From positions 1 to 64,000 of the IMG/VR virus record IMGVR_UViG_3300024256_000001: a stretch of 64,000 nt of DNA; one strand, given 5' to 3'. Positions 14,058 through 22,986 of this stretch are shown here, in pieces. Source of the DNA: a virus. The notes under the pieces were generated by a model. The model was not told where the DNA came from. It saw nothing but the letters and a program-made list of their open reading frames with translations, and did no database searches. Position 1 is the stretch's first letter. Each line of letters begins with the position of its first letter. The position numbers and the translations under genes are program-made.

Positions 14058-17000
14058 CAGCTCTCCAGTCGATCTAGCACCATGCGGCCGAAGATGGAGC
14101 CCCGCGCGCTCTTGGTCAAGGCTTCGGCTGCCGCCGTGATCATAATGGGCCTGACCGCATGCCCTCGACCTAGTTTCTCCATCGACTCCATGTAGGACGC
14201 GCGGCGCTTGGCCTCCTTGGGGTGATAACGCCCGCCGTCAGTGTCGACCCACACCTTGCCCGTGCGCGTGAGCCACAGAGCGCCTTGGGGCGTGTGTACG
14301 GTTGACCCGTCGGGCGCGTTTTTCCAATCGCCCCGGGCTACGGGGCGGGGGGGCGTGGGCGCGTCTGGGGCTGCGGGCTCGGCTGCGGGCTCGGCTGCGG
14401 GCTCGGCTTCTGTCGCACCCGTCACGTCCCAGCCAAACTGATACTTGAGCGTGTGCCGCGCGTTGTCGTTGCGGAGTCGCTGCCACGCGCTGTTACTGCG
14501 CGACCACTTGAAGCCGTTTGCCTTCAGCTTGGCGATCATGGCGGGATCGGGCTTGCCGTCGAAGTGCAACCGGATCCGGTTGGCGTTGGCGTCGTCCTCA
14601 ATCACCAGCCCGTGCTCGGGGAACTCGTGTTGCTCAAGATCGGGGCGCTCTGCCTCGGCGCTCATCGTCTCCAGCTTGGCGCGGTCGGCCTTGATGCGGG
14701 CGAGGCTGTTAGTGGTGCTGAAACCGTTGTAACCACCGTGCGACCAGCCGAAGTCTCGGCGCATGGCCAGTGATGGATCCAGGCCCAACGCCTCAATTGC
14801 CGCGCGCTTGCCTACGTCGTCCAGCTTCTTGCTGCGCAGGATCTTGTTACCCTGCTTCATCTTCTCGTGGGCTGCCTCCCGCTCGGCCAGCCGCTGGGTC
14901 AGTAGCTCGCGAGCGTCCCCCCGGTCGGTGCTGATCACCTTGGGGTCGATCTCGTTGAAGATGCGCCGCTGCGCCTTGTTGGCGAAGCCCTCCAGTTCGT
15001 CATATCGCTTGTCGGCCGAGTTGCTGCGCTTGCGGTTGCTCGCCACAGGGAAGCGCGCCGGGCCGGTGACCAGCGGGCTCATAACGCTGGCGCGCGCGCT
15101 CAGCCAAGCCGTGAAGCGCCGCCTGTAGCCCGCCCGATACTCTGCGAACCACTCAGCCGCCCGCGCCACTTTCTCGGGGGTGTCGGCCGCCCGCGTCAGG
15201 CGCTTACCCAGATCGTTCAGGTGGTTGACGTACTCCCCTTGGACCGTCTCAGCCCGCCGCTCTGGCGTGTGCGACGTGCCCGCAAACGCGCTCACCGCTA
15301 CCGCGTGCGGGATCTCGTCCGGTACGGGATCGCGGCCGATGATCGGGTGCTTCGCCTTGCCCGCCTCGCTGCGCTGGCTCAGCTCTGCGGCGCTCAGATC
15401 CCGCACCCCAGCCGCCAGCTGTCGGATGGCCTGGGCAGCTGGGGCAGCGGGGGCAGCGGGGGCAGCAGGGGCAGCGGGGGCAGCGGGGGCAGCGGGCGCG
15501 CGCTTCGCCTTCCCCGCCTCGATCAGCTTCAGCGCGCTGCTAAGCATGGCGCGGCGCGCCGCTTGCCGCTCGCCGTGCGTGCGCTTCTTGCTACCGTCGT
15601 GTAGCCACGTCGCGCCCTCTTTCAAGCTGTTGGCCGCGTCGTTGTCACGGCCGAAGTGCAGCCCCAAACCACCGTCAGGCTCCGGGGTCTGCGCCCAGGT
15701 CGCGACCTTGTGTGCGAGCGCCTGGATCTCCTTGTCGCGCTCGGCCTGTGGCTTGGCCCGTCGCCCCGTTGGGGTCGTGTGGTCGTCTGCCGTGCTGCTG
15801 CTGTCCACCAGCCGCTCAAGCTGGCGCGCCCACCCGTGCAGGTCTGCCCCCGCTGCGTCCTGGGCCAGCCCGGCGTGCGAGTCGATCACGTCCTGGGGCA
15901 CCGGCTTGCCCTCGCGGATCTTGCGCTCCACCAGCTCGCGGTGCTTGTCCTTGGGGATGCGCTGCTCCATGCCGTCGACCCAAGGGCGCTGCCAGATTTG
16001 GCGACCTGCCTCAGTGCGAATCTGGGCCGCCTGCGCGCGCAGCTCGGCGCGCTGTGGGTCCAGCGGGGTCCAGTTGGCGCGGGACGTGTCCAGCTGGCCC
16101 TGGGCCACAGCTCCCCGACTGCTCAGGTCCGCGATCTGCCGCAGCTGCTCGCGCGTGGCCTCCGGTCGGGTGGCCGGTCGCTCAGCACCCGCCTTGCCCG
16201 CCTCGCTGCGCTGGCGCAGCTCTGCGGCGCTCAGCTGCCTGGGCTGGGTCGCCAGCGCCTCGCGCCAGTTGCGCAGCTGGCCCTCCATGATCGCCGCGTT
16301 GGTGGCGTCTAGGCCAGCCTTCAGACCGGCCGCTGCCTGATCCACCAGATCGCGGGCTGCTCGCTTCTCCGCTGGGGTCGCGGTGCGCAGCACGGCGCGC
16401 AGCTTCTCCAGCTCCCCAGCTAGACCCGTGGCGTGCTCGGGGCGCGCCGCCTCGCGCTGTCTCCGCTGCTGGTCCCGACGCCGGGCGCGCTCCGTCTTGA
16501 TCGCGCCCAACAGGGCTTGAGATCGCCGGGCGCGGTAGTCGCCGGGTGAATGCTCCAGCGCCTTGATGTTGCTCTCGGCATCGCGCGCAAGGTCGCGCAG
16601 CTCCCCGGCGCGCATTTCCCCCAGGCGCATGCGCCATCGCGCCGCGTGGGCTGCTGCGTCCTCGGTGAGCGGGTCGGTGCCGCGCTCGTGCGCGTCGTTC
16701 CACGCCGCCGCTGCTGCCGCCCCTTCGCCCCGCGTGGTCAGCATGGGCGACGACGGGGGCTTGTCCACCGCCTGCCCCGTCTGCGTGTCGAAGACGTGGT
16801 AGTTGCTGCCCGTGCCCTCGCCGGGGCTCTCACGCACCTGATACCGGCCGATCTGCTCGGGCTCGGGCTCGGGCTCGGGCTCCGGGACCACGGCCGGGGT
16901 GGGCTCAGGCACCACGGCCGGGGTGGGCTCAGGTACCACGACCACGGGGGGCTCAACCGCCTGGGCCGCCGCGTGCGCCGCGTGCCGCTGTCGGTGGCCT

Positions 17001-17443
17001 TGCTCGCGCAGTAGGGCCGTGCGCCGCAGGGCTGACGTGCCGCCGTGCGCCAGCTCCGCGCTCAGCTGATCGTTGCCCAGGTCGATAGCTCGGTCGCTCT
17101 CGATCTCGTGCGCCTCATGGTGCGCAACACCGTGGCCGTCCGGCGCGTTGTGGTGGCCGCCTGGGTACCAGTAGTGGCCGTGCCCGTCCGTCCAGCCGCC
17201 TTTGCGGCTGCGCTTGGCGGGGTGGTAGCCCGCAGGCGGCTTGTTGGCCTTGGGCGCGGCTGGCGCGGGCTTGGGCGCGGGCTTGGGCGCGGGCTTGGGC
17301 TGGCCGAACAGGTCAAGCTGCCCCCCAATGGGCTTGGTGGGCACCGTCTTGGTGGCCTGGGCCGTCTTGGCGCGCGCGACCATATCCCCGAACAGGCGCA
17401 TCTGGCCGTGTTGCTCGGTGCTGTTGCGGTACTTCTTGCCCAC
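14057..17443 (-). CDS. large multidomain protein, no recognisable catalytic core
   Basis: About 1128 aa from GTG 17443 (AGGAGA 5 nt upstream; the track start 17473 overlaps the upstream gene). The N-terminus has QMRLF, QLDLF, a KPAP repeat and KPPAGYHPAKRSRKGGWTDGHGHYWYP. Contains an internal 45-nt duplication (15353-15397 and 16190-16234). Confidence 0.6.
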   Translation of the reverse strand: MGKKYRNSTEQHGQMRLFGDMVARAKTAQATKTVPTKPIGGQLDLFGQPKPAPKPAPKPAPAAPKANKPPAGYHPAKRSRKGGWTDGHGHYWYPGGHHNAPDGHGVAHHEAHEIESDRAIDLGNDQLSAELAHGGTSALRRTALLREQGHRQRHAAHAAAQAVEPPVVVVPEPTPAVVPEPTPAVVPEPEPEPEPEQIGRYQVRESPGEGTGSNYHVFDTQTGQAVDKPPSSPMLTTRGEGAAAAAAWNDAHERGTDPLTEDAAAHAARWRMRLGEMRAGELRDLARDAESNIKALEHSPGDYRARRSQALLGAIKTERARRRDQQRRQREAARPEHATGLAGELEKLRAVLRTATPAEKRAARDLVDQAAAGLKAGLDATNAAIMEGQLRNWREALATQPRQLSAAELRQRSEAGKAGAERPATRPEATREQLRQIADLSSRGAVAQGQLDTSRANWTPLDPQRAELRAQAAQIRTEAGRQIWQRPWVDGMEQRIPKDKHRELVERKIREGKPVPQDVIDSHAGLAQDAAGADLHGWARQLERLVDSSSTADDHTTPTGRRAKPQAERDKEIQALAHKVATWAQTPEPDGGLGLHFGRDNDAANSLKEGATWLHDGSKKRTHGERQAARRAMLSSALKLIEAGKAKRAPAAPAAPAAPAAPAAPAAPAAQAIRQLAAGVRDLSAAELSQRSEAGKAKHPIIGRDPVPDEIPHAVAVSAFAGTSHTPERRAETVQGEYVNHLNDLGKRLTRAADTPEKVARAAEWFAEYRAGYRRRFTAWLSARASVMSPLVTGPARFPVASNRKRSNSADKRYDELEGFANKAQRRIFNEIDPKVISTDRGDARELLTQRLAEREAAHEKMKQGNKILRSKKLDDVGKRAAIEALGLDPSLAMRRDFGWSHGGYNGFSTTNSLARIKADRAKLETMSAEAERPDLEQHEFPEHGLVIEDDANANRIRLHFDGKPDPAMIAKLKANGFKWSRSNSAWQRLRNDNARHTLKYQFGWDVTGATEAEPAAEPAAEPAAPDAPTPPRPVARGDWKNAPDGSTVHTPQGALWLTRTGKVWVDTDGGRYHPKEAKRRASYMESMEKLGRGHAVRPIMITAAAEALTKSARGSIFGRMVLDRLES
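15435..15497. repeat. tandem 9-nt repeat inside the 1128-aa gene
   Basis: Seven units of GCAGCGGGG-like sequence, encoding (PAA)n. Confidence 0.9.
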
Positions 17444-17456
17444 CAGACTCTCCTGC

Positions 17457-18446
17457 TCAGGTCGCGAAGGCACCCAGGCTCATGTACTTCACTTTGATCC
17501 GGTAGGTGGCCGCGTTGGTGAAGTCCTCGTTGTTGACCCGCAGGTAGAGCGAGCTTGCGCCGTCCCCGAAGAACGGGATCGCGAACTGGCCCGACGAGAT
17601 GCCAGCCGCGCGCGGACCCAGCTCCGGCCCCGGGTCGATGAAGATCGGGCTGAACGCCTCGCCGAATAGCCCCTGCTGCATATCGGTCAGGATCGCATCC
17701 TTGTAGATCACCACCGACGCCTGCTGCCCCGACCCGCCGACCCGCTCGATGCTCGCCCCGACGATCAGGACGTTTGCCGCCGCCAACGCGATCAAGGTGT
17801 CCTCGAAACCGCTCGCCGCAATCGAGGCGGTCGTGACCTCGGCTTCAAGGATGCCCGACGCGGGCACGCCGGCCGGGGTGACTACGGTAACGATGGCACC
17901 TGTGCGCCCCAGCCCATTCACGAGTGTGTCATCGCCGGAATCAAGCGCGCGGAGCCGCACGTCCACAGCACCAGCCGTCGCATCCACAAACGCGAACGCT
18001 GTGCCGGCCGGGTGAGAGTTGAAACTGAGTGCTGGCGCGTAGGTCGACCCTACGCTACCGATATACGCCGCGTTGGTCACGTCGTACCACTGCGCATCGA
18101 TGTAGTCCCCTGCGCCATTCGAGACACCGACTGCGCCGGCCAGAGACGCCTTGCTCCCCGCAGGGATCGTGAAGACGCCCGCCGCCAAGCCCAGCCCAGC
18201 GGCCGGTTCCTCCGTGTCAAACGGGATGGTGTCGCCGTCCGAGACGTTGGTGTCTGCACCTGCCATCCGAAGGTGGTGAACCGTCACGGCATCGCCGCCG
18301 CCCGCCGCCGCCGCCACGTTGACCCAGGCCGACCCGTTCCACGCCAGAACCTCGTCGTTCGCGGGGGTCGGCGCGGTCACGTCGGTCAGGTCGTCCATGG
18401 TGGACGCGCCACCGCCGCCGCTGCCGTCGCCTTCGAGCGTGGCCAT
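17457..18446 (-). CDS. fibre-like virion protein
   Basis: 329 aa. N-terminal MDDLTDVTAPTPANDEVLAWNGSAWVNV matches the LxDLxDV...W motif common at tail and head fibre N-termini. The remainder is G/A/V/T-rich and beta-like. TAATG coupling upstream. Confidence 0.4.
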   Translation of the reverse strand: MATLEGDGSGGGGASTMDDLTDVTAPTPANDEVLAWNGSAWVNVAAAAGGGDAVTVHHLRMAGADTNVSDGDTIPFDTEEPAAGLGLAAGVFTIPAGSKASLAGAVGVSNGAGDYIDAQWYDVTNAAYIGSVGSTYAPALSFNSHPAGTAFAFVDATAGAVDVRLRALDSGDDTLVNGLGRTGAIVTVVTPAGVPASGILEAEVTTASIAASGFEDTLIALAAANVLIVGASIERVGGSGQQASVVIYKDAILTDMQQGLFGEAFSPIFIDPGPELGPRAAGISSGQFAIPFFGDGASSLYLRVNNEDFTNAATYRIKVKYMSLGAFAT

Positions 18447-18787
18447 TACACCCGCCCCTGTGCCGTGAGGTAGACCACTGGGGCTGCAGCCACGCCCAGC
18501 AGCGCGAAGGTGACACGGAAGGCCTCAACCATGGGGCCGTCAATCAACACGGTGTCCGTCTCGGTCGCGCCTGTCTGGTGCGGCTTCGGCGTGGTCTGAT
18601 CGCCGGGCAGGTACAGCTCCACGTCGTAGGTGCCGCTGTCCAGCCCCGTGACGTGAATCTGATAGTAGGCGTTCATATCGGCCGGGCGGTAGCCCAGGTC
18701 AGGCTTACCCATGACCACGGGGTCCGCGTTGGGCGCTACCACGTTCACGGCTGCCTTGCTGCGGGTCCTGTAGGGGCTGACGCTCAT
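18446..18787 (-). CDS. hypothetical protein
   Basis: 113 aa, beta-rich composition, tightly packed between its neighbours. Confidence 0.45.
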   Translation of the reverse strand: MSVSPYRTRSKAAVNVVAPNADPVVMGKPDLGYRPADMNAYYQIHVTGLDSGTYDVELYLPGDQTTPKPHQTGATETDTVLIDGPMVEAFRVTFALLGVAAAPVVYLTAQGRV

Positions 18788-19288
18788 CTAAGCACCTCCT
18801 TGTGCGCAGGATACCAGATCGGCCGCGCGTGCGTGAATGCGCGCGGCCGTGCCGTGGTCGCGCCAGATCAACCAGTAGACGCGCCGCCGCAGGACCCAGG
18901 GGTCCGCGTACCGCACCGCTGACCCGAAGGACAGCAGCACGGCCTCCGCGTGCGCGTAGGCTTCGGCCTCTACGCGCCGCCGAAACCACGGGTCCAGCGC
19001 GTAGCGTAGCGGCCACAGGATGCGTGACCCCTCGCCTTGCAGCACATGCACGGCCTCGTGCACCAGTAGCGCCAGATCGGCCAGCGTGGGCCGGGCCACG
19101 TCTGCCGACGGCCGAAGCCAGATTTGCCGCGCTGGGTGGATCGTGATGCTGCGGCCTTTGCCCAGGATCAGCGGCTCAGTGCGCAGGGCCACGCGCCAGC
19201 CGCGCGCGCGCAGCATGCGCAGCACGGCCGACCAGCGATCCTGAACGCTGCCGTGCATCCACGGCCCTGGGTCCACCAGCTCGATCAC
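18788..19288 (-). CDS. putative zincin-like metallopeptidase (HExxH)
   Basis: 166 aa. LALLVHEAVHVLQGE contains an HExxH motif after a hydrophobic helix. GTGA overlap with the upstream gene. Confidence 0.4.
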   Translation of the reverse strand: MIELVDPGPWMHGSVQDRWSAVLRMLRARGWRVALRTEPLILGKGRSITIHPARQIWLRPSADVARPTLADLALLVHEAVHVLQGEGSRILWPLRYALDPWFRRRVEAEAYAHAEAVLLSFGSAVRYADPWVLRRRVYWLIWRDHGTAARIHARAADLVSCAQGGA

Positions 19289-20760
19289 AGCGTTTCCGCC
19301 AGCTGTTGGATCAGGGCTGGGCGCTTGCCCAGGCCCGGCTGCCCCCGCATGGCCACCAGCTTGCGAAGCGTGGGCGTGTCCAGCCCGCGCGCTGCCGCCC
19401 AGCGTGCGATCACGGGTACGGCCTGGGCTGCCTGGGCCGCGTAGTCGGTCGCGTCCAGCCCAGCGAACAACCGCCCCCGGTCGGTGCGCTCTAGCTCGCC
19501 GTGTAGCGTGTGCAGCCTGTCCAGCGTCTTGAGCACCTTGGGGTCAGCTTCGCTCGCGTCTGGCCCCGCCTCCCACCGGATCTTGAACTCGTCGGATCGG
19601 CGCTCTTTGGACTGCTTGCCGCCGCCGCGTGTGACCCAGCCGACCGGGCGCATGCCCTTGCCCTCCAGGGCTCGGTACGTTGACCCCTTCTCCGTGCTCA
19701 AGCTGTAGGTGACCAGCCGCCCGCGCCCCGTCTTCTCCATCGCCGCTAGGATCTGCCCAGCCAGCGCGGAGCTGGCGAACGGGGTAGTGCCGTCCGACGC
19801 GATCCGGGTTAGCTCCAGCTCGTTGGCCTTCTTGGCCGGGTCCCCGCCGCCGCTGGGCGTGTTGGCCGTAGCCACCGCCACCAGCCGCCCGCCCACCCGG
19901 AGCCCCACCGCGAAGACCAGCCCGCGAGGATTGAAGCCCTCAAACGCGCTGTGGTGCTGGTTGATGAAACGCTCAGCCTCGACCTTGCTCACGTTCACGA
20001 TCCGCCGCTTCTTGGTGGTCGCGTCCATGCTGTCCTCAACGATGGCCTCCAACAGCCACCGGGGCGCACCACCCGCCGCGCCCACGCGCTCCGTCGTGTG
20101 TCGCACCACCCGCCCCTTGGCGTGCTGCTTGGCCTCGCGCCCAGGCGCAACCCCACCGTGCCCCTCGCCCAGCACCAGCGCCACAGCCCCGCGCAGGTCA
20201 CCCACAGGCAACCCTGGGTAGGCGGCAAGGTCAACCATGCTTAGGCCGTGGGTCGGGTCGGGCTCGTTGTCCGCGCTCCCGTGCTCGGCGTGCCAGCTGT
20301 AGGCCCCCGCCCAATCGGGGTCAGCCACCGCACGCCGCAGAGCGCCCACAATGCCCTCTGCGGCCTCGCCTTGCTCTGGGCCGGGTGCTGGCCCCCGATA
20401 ACCCTTCTCGCCCGCCTGGGGGGCACCCTGGGCACCGTGGCGCGCCCAATACGTCTCCCCGCGCAGCCGCTTGGCTGGGTTGGGTAGCTGGGGCGCAGGC
20501 GCAGGCGCGGGCGCGCGATAGCTCAGCAGGTCCAGCTGGTCACGCGGGCGGGCCGTGTCCACCCCATGTCCATGCCGCGTCTGGTTGCGTCTGGTAGGCT
20601 GAGCGGGGGCACCGCCCAGGCTTAGCTGACGCGGGGCAACCTCGCCCAGCGGCAACGCCCCTTGCCCATAATCGTACTGGTAGTGTCCCGGCGAGCCCGT
20701 GCGCTTGCCCTTGCCTTTGTAGGGCGTCCAGCCGCGCGCCTTGAGGATCTGGCCATACAT
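19285..20760 (-). CDS. multidomain protein with GNAT-fold (Mom / XF1762-like) domain
   Basis: About 491 aa from ATG 20760. The region IVNVSKVEAERFINQHHSAF...GLVFAVGL...LVAVATANTP...ELELTRIASDG...FASSALAG...LVTYSL..EKGSTYRALEGKGMRPVG (about 19624-20004) follows the phage GNAT-like acyltransferase pattern. The N-terminus has GWTPYKGKGKRTGSPGHYQYDY, QLSLG and QLDLL. Confidence 0.45.
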   Translation of the reverse strand: MYGQILKARGWTPYKGKGKRTGSPGHYQYDYGQGALPLGEVAPRQLSLGGAPAQPTRRNQTRHGHGVDTARPRDQLDLLSYRAPAPAPAPQLPNPAKRLRGETYWARHGAQGAPQAGEKGYRGPAPGPEQGEAAEGIVGALRRAVADPDWAGAYSWHAEHGSADNEPDPTHGLSMVDLAAYPGLPVGDLRGAVALVLGEGHGGVAPGREAKQHAKGRVVRHTTERVGAAGGAPRWLLEAIVEDSMDATTKKRRIVNVSKVEAERFINQHHSAFEGFNPRGLVFAVGLRVGGRLVAVATANTPSGGGDPAKKANELELTRIASDGTTPFASSALAGQILAAMEKTGRGRLVTYSLSTEKGSTYRALEGKGMRPVGWVTRGGGKQSKERRSDEFKIRWEAGPDASEADPKVLKTLDRLHTLHGELERTDRGRLFAGLDATDYAAQAAQAVPVIARWAAARGLDTPTLRKLVAMRGQPGLGKRPALIQQLAETL

Positions 20761-20770
20761 GCCCGCGAGT

Positions 20771-20920
20771 CTACCGCACGCGGGTGTACTTGCGCCCTTT
20801 CTTCGACGCGATCCCGCACTCAACCAGCCAGTCGCGCGCCGCCTGGGCGTGCTCGGCGTGCTCAGGCCGCAACTCCTTGGTGGGGGGCAGCTGGCCGCCC
20901 ACAGGGGTCACGTCGAGCAT
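20771..20920 (-). CDS. hypothetical small protein
   Basis: 49 aa (MLDVTPVGGQLPPTKELRPEHAEHAQAARDWLVECGIASKKGRKYTRVR). G/C-rich third positions. Fills the gap between the wHTH gene and the GNAT gene. Confidence 0.3.
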   Translation of the reverse strand: MLDVTPVGGQLPPTKELRPEHAEHAQAARDWLVECGIASKKGRKYTRVR

Positions 20921-20937
20921 CGCCCGCGCCGCGTACC

Positions 20938-21159
20938 TCACGACGCCACCCACAACAGGGGCGAGGTCTTGTTGCCGCCCGTGCTCTGGGCCTTGACCGC
21001 GCCACGCCGCTCCAGGCCGCGCAGCGCGCTGACAACCTGGGGGCGCGTCAGGTCCGTCAGCGCCTCCAGATCCAGCCGCCGAACGGGCTTCTTGGAAGCC
21101 CGCAGCGCCTCCAGCACAACGATTTGGGTCGGCCCCATTCCTCGATTTCTCTTGAGCAT
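20938..21159 (-). CDS. winged-helix DNA-binding protein
   Basis: 73 aa. IVVLEALRASKKPVRRLDLEALTDLTRPQVVSALRGLERRGAV reads as a MarR-like wHTH. TAATG overlap with the terminase stop. Confidence 0.5.
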   Translation of the reverse strand: MLKRNRGMGPTQIVVLEALRASKKPVRRLDLEALTDLTRPQVVSALRGLERRGAVKAQSTGGNKTSPLLWVAS

Positions 21160-22859
21160 TAGTCGTCCTCATCATCCCCAAAGTCCAGGCCGGGGAACAT
21201 GCCTTGTATACCATCCCACAGCTGCCCCGCCCGCATCGACTCGGCCTCAACCCGGGGCGTGTCGTAGTGCGCGCCCTCGGAGTCGTGGATCACGAGCCCT
21301 GTGGCCACCCGATGCGTGAACGCCTTTCGCAGCACGCACTCCGCGATCCATAGGGCCATGACCGTATCGTCGTGGGCCTCGCGCCCCAGGCCCCACAGCT
21401 CGTTGACCAGCACGTCCACAGCCGCGCGGTCCTCGGGTGTGCGGCTGGGTAGCACCACCTTGCCGTTTTCAAACAGCGCGCCCAGGGACGGCACGCCCTC
21501 CCAGGGGTCGGCTTTCTTCGCGCCCGTGGTTAGGTGCGGCTTGATCGGCAGGTCCGTAGTCTGCCGCAGGCCCATGTAATGCAGCTCCCCGAATGCGTTG
21601 CGCTCCACCGCCACAGCCGCGACCTTGCCCAACCCCCCGTATCGCTGAAACTCGGCCATAACCTCGCCGCGAATCCGCGCTGGGGTAACGCCGCGCATGC
21701 GCTGGATGCCCAGCAGGTAGCGGTCACCGCTGGCGTCCCGCGCCCAGGTCACGCCCACCGTATAGTCGCTGTCCTGCTTCGTCGCGCGCGCCGCGTCGGT
21801 CACTAGGGCGAAGTCCCAGCCTTGCACGATCTCCAGGCCGCGCAGCCCGTTGGGCACGCTGCCCAGGCTCAGGTGAGCACCGCGCCGCTTGGCCGCCTCC
21901 AACCAATCCATCTTGAACGCTGCCGCGCTATCGTCCTGTACCGCGTGCATGAACTCGCGCGCGAACAGCAGCGAACCCATGCTGTACCGCTCGCCCAGCA
22001 GGTACTCAATGGGCCGTTCCTCTGGCCACAACACCTCTGCCTCACCGTCTACCTCCACGCGCTCCACCAGCTCGCGCCCCGTCTTGGGGTCAGGCTTGGT
22101 CAGGATCCGGTGCCCGTCAGGCCACTTGATGATCGCGGGGTCCTCGATGGTGCGCCACAGCGGCGACTCTTTTAGATGGTGGTACAGGTCGTCTGCGTGC
22201 TTGCGCGTCCCGATCACGGCCAGCAGGCCGCCCCGGCTCAGCATGGGCAACACGGTGCCACCCCACCACAACCGCGTCTTCTCGCGCTGGCCTGCCGTGT
22301 AGGTGGTCCGGTCGTCCTCTAGGTCGTCGCACAGGATGAGATCGAAGTGCCCGCCCGTGATGGCCCCGCCGCTGCCCACCGCCTCGATGGTGGGGTCCAC
22401 GCTGGCCAGCGTGCGCGTGACGTAGATTTGGGTATTCGTCCACTTCTCGTCGCCGCCAGCCCGGAACGGGCCGCACCCCAGGCCGGGCGCGCTGCACCAG
22501 TCCGCGACCACGCGCTCGCTGGTCAGCAGCGCCCGCAAGCGCCGGACCCGCTTCTCTGCGACCCCAGCCGCTTCGCTGATCCAGAGGATTCGCACGTTGC
22601 GATTCAGGCAAACCTGCCGCAGCGCTACCGAGATCCCCAGCTCCGTCTTGCCGTGGTCGCGGGGGGCCAGCAGTAGCAGCCGCCCCTTGCGCTTGGTGCG
22701 CCGCGCGTCGGCTAAAGACCCATCCAGCAGGTCCAGCCAGCGCCGCCTGTGGGGCGCTTGCCGCATGCCGCAATAATAGGTGTCGAAAAATGCAGGACTG
22801 CCCGCGCTCAGGGCGCGTCGGCCGTCTGGGCTCGTTAGAAGCTGGGCAGCTACGGACAC
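21159..22859 (-). CDS. terminase large subunit
   Basis: 566 aa. Walker A LLLLAPRDHGKTE, Walker B FDLILCDDLEDD, and a C-terminal RNaseH-like nuclease half ending in an acidic tail. Confidence 0.85.
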   Translation of the reverse strand: MSVAAQLLTSPDGRRALSAGSPAFFDTYYCGMRQAPHRRRWLDLLDGSLADARRTKRKGRLLLLAPRDHGKTELGISVALRQVCLNRNVRILWISEAAGVAEKRVRRLRALLTSERVVADWCSAPGLGCGPFRAGGDEKWTNTQIYVTRTLASVDPTIEAVGSGGAITGGHFDLILCDDLEDDRTTYTAGQREKTRLWWGGTVLPMLSRGGLLAVIGTRKHADDLYHHLKESPLWRTIEDPAIIKWPDGHRILTKPDPKTGRELVERVEVDGEAEVLWPEERPIEYLLGERYSMGSLLFAREFMHAVQDDSAAAFKMDWLEAAKRRGAHLSLGSVPNGLRGLEIVQGWDFALVTDAARATKQDSDYTVGVTWARDASGDRYLLGIQRMRGVTPARIRGEVMAEFQRYGGLGKVAAVAVERNAFGELHYMGLRQTTDLPIKPHLTTGAKKADPWEGVPSLGALFENGKVVLPSRTPEDRAAVDVLVNELWGLGREAHDDTVMALWIAECVLRKAFTHRVATGLVIHDSEGAHYDTPRVEAESMRAGQLWDGIQGMFPGLDFGDDEDD

Positions 22860-22986
22860 GGGCCTCCGGTCAACAGCGGTGCAGACGCCCCGCGCCCGCT
22901 AGCTAGACGGGGCCTGCGCAGGCTTACAGTCAGCGGGGCGTCTACATCGCCGCTTGATCATGCCGGGGCGCGTGGATCTGGTCAAG

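Noticed and set aside
20938-21159. Small terminase subunit
   Set aside because: This wHTH protein lies downstream of the large terminase gene rather than upstream, and is only 73 aa. It is called a DNA-binding protein only.
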